From a virus (taxonomy: Duplodnaviria > Caudoviricetes): DNA of 62,010 nt. Every line of letters begins with the position of its first letter. The stretch's first letter is position 1. A program made the position numbers and the translations under genes. Below are positions 56,445 to 62,010 of the stretch, one piece after another. The notes beneath the pieces were generated by a model. It saw nothing but the letters and a program-made list of their open reading frames with translations, had not been told where the DNA came from and ran no database searches. The stretch lies in IMG/VR virus record IMGVR_UViG_3300044850_000073, positions 1 through 62,010 of that record; one strand, given 5' to 3'.

Positions 56445-56819
56445 ATGCCCCGCCGTATCAAGCCACACGCCAGCCGCCGCCGCCTGCAAGGGCAGCGCCT
56501 CCTGAGTTTTGCATCGACCTACAACATCGACAGTCATGGCGCTATCGGTGTCACAGCAGCCAGAAGGTTCGCTGCCGACAACAAGATTCACTGCCCAGCA
56601 GTAATCCGCGTTCGCCGAAACACCAACACGATTGACAGCTTTTTCCTGGCTGAAAAAGGAATGTTTGGTCTGGCTTATGTTGAATTCAACTGGATGCTAT
56701 TTCCGTGTTTAAATCAATTGGTCGAAAAAATTGGTCCAAGAGAGTTGTTCACTGACTTGGACCAATATGACTGGGCTTTTGAGGAAGAATCCTACAAGGT
56801 TGAATACGCTTTCATTTAA
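56445..56819 (+). CDS. Hypothetical protein
   Basis: ATG 56445; Arg-rich N-terminus. Confidence 0.6.
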   Translation: MPRRIKPHASRRRLQGQRLLSFASTYNIDSHGAIGVTAARRFAADNKIHCPAVIRVRRNTNTIDSFFLAEKGMFGLAYVEFNWMLFPCLNQLVEKIGPRELFTDLDQYDWAFEEESYKVEYAFI

Positions 56820-57214
56820 GCTGCCCCGGTCAGGCGATTACTGAAGTTGAATTTATAGCCCTCGATGGTGTCATCCTGACAGGGCTCAACATACGTCCTA
56901 TGGCAGCATATCTTGCTGATTGACGTATTATCCATGCCAAATTCTTTGGCTAGAGAACCTTGCTTTTCTCCTAGTTTGTACCTCAAGCGAATGTCGCAGA
57001 TTTGACGGTCGCTAAGAAAACCAGCCCTGCGACCACGCTTGATCGGATCCTGGGACAGCGGCGGCCGGCGCCGAACGCGCCTAATGACACGCCCTGGCGT
57101 TGTCACGCAGACATTGGTGATCCGTGCGATGCTGTCATAGTCGTACCCTTGGCACCTAAGATCCCAGATCCGGTCCTCCTTGGGAATAGATACGTTCCTT
57201 CTGCGCCTGGCCAT
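56816..57214 (-). CDS. Double HTH DNA-binding protein
   Basis: GYDYDSIARITNV and QGSLAKEFGMDNTSISKI. Confidence 0.7.
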   Translation of the reverse strand: MARRRRNVSIPKEDRIWDLRCQGYDYDSIARITNVCVTTPGRVIRRVRRRPPLSQDPIKRGRRAGFLSDRQICDIRLRYKLGEKQGSLAKEFGMDNTSISKICCHRTYVEPCQDDTIEGYKFNFSNRLTGAA

Positions 57215-57412
57215 GGGATTGACAAATACCCTCGTGCCCCTCTAGCTTAGACGGGCATTTGCAGTTGTCAACATGATCAAGGAGAAAGCGGCGACCATTG
57301 GCCTTGCGTTGGCTATCGCTGGGTTGTTTGCTTATGCAGAGGTGGCCCGCCGCGAACGCGAAATCCAGTTAAAGCAGCACGAATATCAAAAAATTGTTAG
57401 GAATCTTTATTA

Positions 57413-57513
57413 GCACCCAGGCAGGAATCGAACCTGCATCGCGCTAACTGTTTATAGTGCCGCGTCCGACACATCAACAGGCGCCGTCTTTTCCAATTAG
57501 CTCGGACTGGGTG
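57413..57513 (-). ncRNA. Atypical tRNA-like RNA (101 nt)
   Basis: Perfect CACCCAG/CTGGGTG acceptor and GCAGG-TTCGATT-CCTGC T arm; long variable arm; extended anticodon arm with 9-nt loop. Confidence 0.65.
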
Positions 57514-57514
57514 A

Positions 57515-57588
<74 letters not shown>

Positions 57589-57594
57589 ATTGCA

Positions 57595-57660
57595 GGCATC
57601 TTACCGTATCGAACGGTATCTCATGGCTATGTGCCATGCGTGTTCCTTACACCAAGATGC
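57595..57660 (-). ncRNA. Miniaturised tRNA-like RNA (66 nt)
   Basis: GCATCTT/AAGATGC; CATGG-CACATAG-CCATG; ACCG-TTCGATA-CGGT; no U33. Confidence 0.6.
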
Positions 57661-57693
57661 AGGGACCCTCCTGTTTGAGCATCATCCCTGGAA

Positions 57694-57721
57694 ACCATTT
57701 TGTTGGCGCCAACAAAATGGT
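57694..57721. repeat. Perfect 28-bp palindrome
   Basis: ACCATTTTGTTGGC-GCCAACAAAATGGT. Confidence 0.9.
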
Positions 57722-57788
57722 CATCGTTCAGGAGCTAAGCTTGGAGGGTGTTCTTATGTGTCGCCAATAGCCCCTCTTACTTCCCTGA

Positions 57789-57878
57789 CGGAAAGTGCAG
57801 GCATCGAACCTGCAATGGCCGGTCCCAAGGAACCGCCGGGAATTCCACCCGGAACAAACCCATTATACCAAATTCTTC
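57789..57878 (-). pseudogene. Degenerate tRNA-Ser-like element
   Basis: Intact T arm, ACTTTCC-G 3' end, long variable arm, CCGGG-TGGAATT-CCCGG; 5' strand mismatched and overlapping the upstream CDS end. Confidence 0.55.
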
Positions 57879-58411
57879 AGTCTGGCGCGTACCTGCTCCC
57901 ATTCGATCGGTTTGTAGTTCGTATGTTCTACGCATACGCATAGATATCTAGGGTCTATGTCGTTGTCATCTGTCAGTACGCGTCTGTAATGTAGGTGACC
58001 ATGAATATTTGCAGTATAACGCGTTAAATTACAAGGATGTACGGGTATATGCGTCAAAATATAATTATCTAGATAATGGCAGCCGCGTATGTCATAAAAA
58101 TATTTAGTATAATCATTCATCCGAAAGCAGTCGTGGTTGCCACGAACCAGTACTTTCCTGCCATTTAGTTGCTCCAGGCACTTAAGTCCGCGCCTTGGGA
58201 TAGCTACATCGCCCAGATGATATACCTTATCTTTTGGACCGACAACACTGTTCCAGTTATCAATTAATGCCTGATCCATTTTATCCACATCATCCCATGG
58301 CCTGAGCTTAGAGCCATCGTCCCTGGTGAATTGACACATGCCATGATGACCGAAATGTGTATCAGAGATTAAGAAGGTTCTGGTCACAACAAGAATTGTG
58401 GCATCCATCAC
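57863..58411 (-). CDS. Calcineurin-like metallophosphoesterase
   Basis: SDTHFGH, LGD, GNHD, THIP, HGHLH. Confidence 0.92.
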   Translation of the reverse strand: MMDATILVVTRTFLISDTHFGHHGMCQFTRDDGSKLRPWDDVDKMDQALIDNWNSVVGPKDKVYHLGDVAIPRRGLKCLEQLNGRKVLVRGNHDCFRMNDYTKYFYDIRGCHYLDNYILTHIPVHPCNLTRYTANIHGHLHYRRVLTDDNDIDPRYLCVCVEHTNYKPIEWEQVRARLKNLV

Positions 58412-58472
58412 AGCTTACCTTGACGAGGCCGAACAGTCGTCTAGTTTGTCGTGGTTCCCTGGTAAGACGACA

Positions 58473-58664
58473 ATGACGGCCTCACTGACCCCAGTAGAAG
58501 TCCTACCTGCAGAACCCGGTCGCAACTATCAAGCCCGGTTTTGCGTCGATGGCGATGTTCACCAACTTCGGGTCAACGCTGCAAGTTACTACGAAGTGTG
58601 GCTAATTGTAAAGCGCAACTATCCAATGGCATCAGTCGTCGCCATCCTGTTAGTGGTCGCCTGA
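58473..58664 (+). CDS. Hypothetical protein
   Basis: ATG 58473 within ORF 58398..58664. Confidence 0.5.
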   Translation: MTASLTPVEVLPAEPGRNYQARFCVDGDVHQLRVNAASYYEVWLIVKRNYPMASVVAILLVVA

Positions 58665-58695
58665 CTATGGTTCTAATACACACAGCCACCTTCCA

Positions 58696-58896
58696 ATGAA
58701 CGATTTAGTTGAGGTAACAGCATTCCTGATCGAATCAGGCAACCGTAGCCCACAAGCTACAAGTATCGCAATCCTGAAAGCACTATCAGCAACCCTTAGG
58801 AATTCTTTAGATTCTAAAGGCTGTAGTCTGTCAGACTGCGCGGACTGGATTGACCTCCAGCTTGACAGCCACAAACAATCAAACCATGAATCCTAA
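58696..58896 (+). CDS. Hypothetical protein
   Basis: Co-oriented small ORF. Confidence 0.5.
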   Translation: MNDLVEVTAFLIESGNRSPQATSIAILKALSATLRNSLDSKGCSLSDCADWIDLQLDSHKQSNHES

Positions 58897-59248
58897 CGCT
58901 ATCATTGCCGCTGATTTTGCAAACGAACTAGCTGAAATAGTGGAACTCAAATTGTTGGGGACTGATTCAGTCGGCGAGCAATCATGGAATGACTACGCTT
59001 ATCAAGTATTAGCTAATTATCACAAAGCAGTAAATCAAACTGTTACGCCTTACAGACCTCTGTGGCGTTCACTTCACGAAGCTTACAGTTCCATTGATAA
59101 ATCAAATCCTCCGTATTTTATCTTTTCGCGTATGATTACTGCTTTTTGTGATCGAATCGAGACAGATTTTCCTGTAAACGAAATTGACCGTGATATACTG
59201 CTTGGGTATCTACGTGATGAAGCCGAAAAGGCTTTAACCTGCGAATGA
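58886..59248 (+). CDS. Hypothetical protein
   Basis: ATG 58886 within ORF 58850..59248. Confidence 0.55.
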   Translation: MNPNAIIAADFANELAEIVELKLLGTDSVGEQSWNDYAYQVLANYHKAVNQTVTPYRPLWRSLHEAYSSIDKSNPPYFIFSRMITAFCDRIETDFPVNEIDRDILLGYLRDEAEKALTCE

Positions 59249-59399
59249 CCTTAGAGCAGTTTTTGTTTTTTACCATGGGTTATGTAGCTGTTTGTCTGTT
59301 GTTTATTTGTATCGCAAAATCAATTCTTCCCTGATGCCAATCAGCTAAAATGCATAACGCATTAGTGCTAAAAGATTATTAGCCCTAAGACTATTTTAA

Positions 59400-59585
59400 A
59401 TGACATCCAATGACACAAAGCGAAAAGTGATTGATGCAATCGCTTCTTCTCGTTTCATGACACGACTAGCGACTTCACTTCGAACTACTGACGTACAATC
59501 AATTACACCAAATGACCTTGACCAAATGGCAAGAATCCTTATCCAAAAAGCAAAAGAGTTACGATTCTCTACTCAGGATGGCTAA
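59400..59585 (+). CDS. Hypothetical protein
   Basis: 61 aa. Confidence 0.55.
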   Translation: MTSNDTKRKVIDAIASSRFMTRLATSLRTTDVQSITPNDLDQMARILIQKAKELRFSTQDG

Positions 59586-59775
59586 TCACAACTTGGAGCC
59601 CGTCGCTACTCCTGCGTGCTGTTCTGCATGGAAGGACATGCGTTCTAACTTTACTTGGTATGCATTTATGGAGTATCCTGATTACGTTTGCATGCCATGC
59701 ATTGGTACATGGCGAGTGAACAACTGTCCTTCATGTGGCGCTGATGTTCGTATGTCTGTTTGGAGGCCGTTTTGA
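59578..59775 (+). CDS. Small Cys-rich zinc-binding protein
   Basis: CC..NNCPSCG. Confidence 0.6.
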   Translation: MANHNLEPVATPACCSAWKDMRSNFTWYAFMEYPDYVCMPCIGTWRVNNCPSCGADVRMSVWRPF

Positions 59776-60059
59776 CTACTAAGCGTCAGTTTACACCGCC
59801 ACCGAAAGAGTTAGTAGAGCGGTGGGTTGAAGAATCAAAATCTAAGCCAACAATACATGCAGCATACGGTTACATCACCTACAAGGCCGCTGAATGGGCC
59901 CATAACGCGGCCCTGGACCCAGACCCCAATAGCTTGAAGCAACAGGCTCTCAGGGGCTTGGAGCGCATACAGAACATCGATGTCGTATCCGTATGGACCG
60001 GCAGGGATGTATTTGATGTGATCCGCCAGGCCTTGGATCGTTTACCTGATGGGATATAA
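59760..60059 (+). CDS. Hypothetical protein (paralogue of 61541..61858)
   Basis: TPPP.EL...W..KAA.W..SLK.QAL..IR.AL..L.D shared. Confidence 0.7.
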   Translation: MEAVLTTKRQFTPPPKELVERWVEESKSKPTIHAAYGYITYKAAEWAHNAALDPDPNSLKQQALRGLERIQNIDVVSVWTGRDVFDVIRQALDRLPDGI

Positions 60060-60081
60060 AAAATACTAATCATTCAGGGGG

Positions 60082-60110
60082 TTGACCTGGTGATGTCTGA
60101 GGGCTACCTT
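60082..60110 (+). promoter_or_regulatory. Sigma70-type promoter candidate
   Basis: TTGACC-N17-TACCTT upstream of ligase. Confidence 0.5.
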
Positions 60111-60143
60111 AGTCATGTCCTTAGACATCACAGGCTTTTAGCC

Positions 60144-61040
60144 ATGCCTCAAATCACTAAGCCCATGCTCGCCGGGAGCTACGACGCCACCAAGGCTCTG
60201 TTTCCCTATGCAGCAACACCCAAGATCGACGGTATCCGCTTCGTCATGGTTAATGGCATTGCCCTGAGCCGTTCTTTCAAGCCTATCCGCAACGCCCACG
60301 TCCAGGCCACACTGCGTCAATGGCTGCCGGACGGCACTGATGGCGAATTGACCTGCGGTGACACGTTCCAGTCGTCATCTTCAGCGATTATGTCCGCCGA
60401 TGGTACACCTGATTTCCATTGCTGGGTATTTGATTTCGTTCACCCCAATGTGGGGTGCATTCACCCCTATTTGGAGCGGATCAATGATCCAATGCTGGCA
60501 AGCCTGGAGGCTAAGCATGCCCAAAACCCTGCTTTTGGTTTGACCATCCTAAGGCCTGAAATGGTCAATAATGAATCCGAACTGCGCGTAATCGAAGAGC
60601 AGTACCTGGATGCAGGTTTCGAAGGTGTTATGGTGCGTGACCCAAATGGCACTTACAAGTTCGGTCGTTCAACCACCAAAGAAAACACCCTGCTCAAGGT
60701 TAAGCGTTTCCTGGATGACGAGGCGATCCTGATTGATGTGCTGGAGAAGCGGCACAATATGAATGAAGCCACCCAAGATGCCTTTGGTCGTACCAAGCGT
60801 TCTACTTGCCAGGATGGCAAGATTGGCGCTGATACCGCTGGCACCTTGGTTGTACGCACCGCAGACGGTATTGAGTTTGGTATCGGTACCGGCCTAGATG
60901 ATGCAATGCGTACTAAAATCTGGGCTGATACCAGCCAATACATTGGCATGATGGTCAAGTACAAGTATTTCCCCGTCAGCATCAAAGAAAAGCCTCGGCA
61001 TCCCGTGTTCCTGGGCTTCCGTCATGCGGAGGATCTGTGA
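60144..61040 (+). CDS. lig: ATP-dependent DNA ligase (start 60144)
   Basis: KPMLA; KIDGIR; DGEL; VFD; FEGVMVR; LLKVKRF; PRHPVFLGFR. Confidence 0.95.
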   Translation: MPQITKPMLAGSYDATKALFPYAATPKIDGIRFVMVNGIALSRSFKPIRNAHVQATLRQWLPDGTDGELTCGDTFQSSSSAIMSADGTPDFHCWVFDFVHPNVGCIHPYLERINDPMLASLEAKHAQNPAFGLTILRPEMVNNESELRVIEEQYLDAGFEGVMVRDPNGTYKFGRSTTKENTLLKVKRFLDDEAILIDVLEKRHNMNEATQDAFGRTKRSTCQDGKIGADTAGTLVVRTADGIEFGIGTGLDDAMRTKIWADTSQYIGMMVKYKYFPVSIKEKPRHPVFLGFRHAEDL

Positions 61041-61339
61041 TGACTAATCCCGATCAGGAATTTTTAATTGATCACATCATTGATGAATTCGATTTCGACA
61101 GGGTTCATGAGGTGATGAAGCTATTGGATTGGCAATGGCTTACTGTTCGCGATGATGGCATGGAATTGCCATCTAAGGAGCGATTAATTGCCGCTGCTCG
61201 TCATCGGTTACGCAGTTCTGTTAAAAGCGGTTACTGTGCATCCGGTGGTCTGGTGGCACGCTACCATCCTGCAACTAAAAAAGATCGGGAATGGTTCAGT
61301 CTGGAATTTGTCCTTTGCTCCGCTGATAACTATGATTGA
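61040..61339 (+). CDS. Hypothetical protein
   Basis: IIDEFDFDRVHEVM..LDWQW pattern. Confidence 0.7.
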   Translation: MTNPDQEFLIDHIIDEFDFDRVHEVMKLLDWQWLTVRDDGMELPSKERLIAAARHRLRSSVKSGYCASGGLVARYHPATKKDREWFSLEFVLCSADNYD

Positions 61340-61544
61340 TCGAATCATGGTAGTAAATGTAATCGGCGGATTTTGTCTTATCGCGCTAATTGGTATTATC
61401 TTCGCTCCAGGACAAGAGCAACCAATTGAACTCAAGTTCAAAGTAGTTGATTCTTATCATGGTTGCGACATCGTTCGCTACACAGATCGAACTAATCTCT
61501 GGCATTACTTCATGGACTGCAAATCATCGACAGGTGTGAAATGA
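61332..61544 (+). CDS. Hypothetical membrane-anchored protein
   Basis: TM helix then FKVVDSYHGCDIVRY. Confidence 0.65.
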   Translation: MIDRIMVVNVIGGFCLIALIGIIFAPGQEQPIELKFKVVDSYHGCDIVRYTDRTNLWHYFMDCKSSTGVK

Positions 61545-61858
61545 CTGAAAACCACCCAATCACTCCACCGCCGGAGCTGATTGCTAAATGGGCAAGCAGC
61601 ATGTGTGGTTACTACAAAGCCGCCCGCTGGGGAGCAGACCAGGAGCTGGAGGCGTGCTGTAAGTGGCTGAGCAGCCGCAGCTCTTTGACCGAGAAACTCC
61701 GCGATGTCCGCCGCCCGAAGCCGCCGAGCTTGAAGGAGCAGGCGCTACAGGCGTTGTACCGCTTTGACGACACCCAAGGACACGAGGGTTTGACGCCTGA
61801 GCAAATCGCCGATGACTTCGTGCTCATCCGCCGCGCCCTGGAGCAACTCGATGACTGA
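61541..61858 (+). CDS. Hypothetical protein (paralogue of 59760..60059)
   Basis: HPITPPPEL..WGADQELEACC..PPSLKEQAL. Confidence 0.75.
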   Translation: MTENHPITPPPELIAKWASSMCGYYKAARWGADQELEACCKWLSSRSSLTEKLRDVRRPKPPSLKEQALQALYRFDDTQGHEGLTPEQIADDFVLIRRALEQLDD

Positions 61859-62010
61859 CCCCACCCCCACCGACTGGCGAGCGCTGTGCGCCCGCATGGC
61901 TGACGAGCTGGATCATTATCGCCAGCTCTTGATGGACGATTGCAGCGAAGCTCATGCGTTGGCGACTGAAGCCCGTGCCTTGCTTGCCCAGCCCGAGCCG
62001 CAGGGGCCGA
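61851..62010 (+). CDS. Hypothetical protein, truncated by window end
   Basis: MTDPTPTDWRALCARMADEL...ARALLAQPEPQGP, open to the end. Confidence 0.65.
   Translation, partial: MTDPTPTDWRALCARMADELDHYRQLLMDDCSEAHALATEARALLAQPEPQGP

Overview
The window is most of a lytic, long-tailed (siphovirus-type) dsDNA phage genome, almost certainly a cyanophage: cyanobacterial-type ThyX, class II RNR, RlpA, two sigma factors and several small-protein families I associate with cyanophages. Layout: 1-1260 two tandem self-contained gene cassettes with conserved palindromic flanks; 1.6-29.5 kb virion, fibre and lysis genes; 29.5-47.4 kb replication, recombination and nucleotide metabolism, with terminase genes embedded; 47.5-49 kb portal; 49-62 kb small accessory genes, a tRNA cluster and a DNA ligase. 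No DNA polymerase, integrase, CRISPR array or reverse transcriptase is visible. Main unexplained signals: (1) a GNGAY pentaloop hairpin in the leaders of the scattered head and packaging genes (terS, portal, scaffold, major capsid); (2) the repeat-bounded cassette array at the left end; (3) up to four -1 frameshift sites, one giving the recombinase an alternative C-terminus; (4) a GGnAnaCTA promoter motif ahead of about 20 genes; (5) a glycosyltransferase-methyltransferase fusion between Thr-rich collagen fibre genes; (6) three aberrant tRNA-like elements. All calls come from manual motif recognition; no database searches were run.
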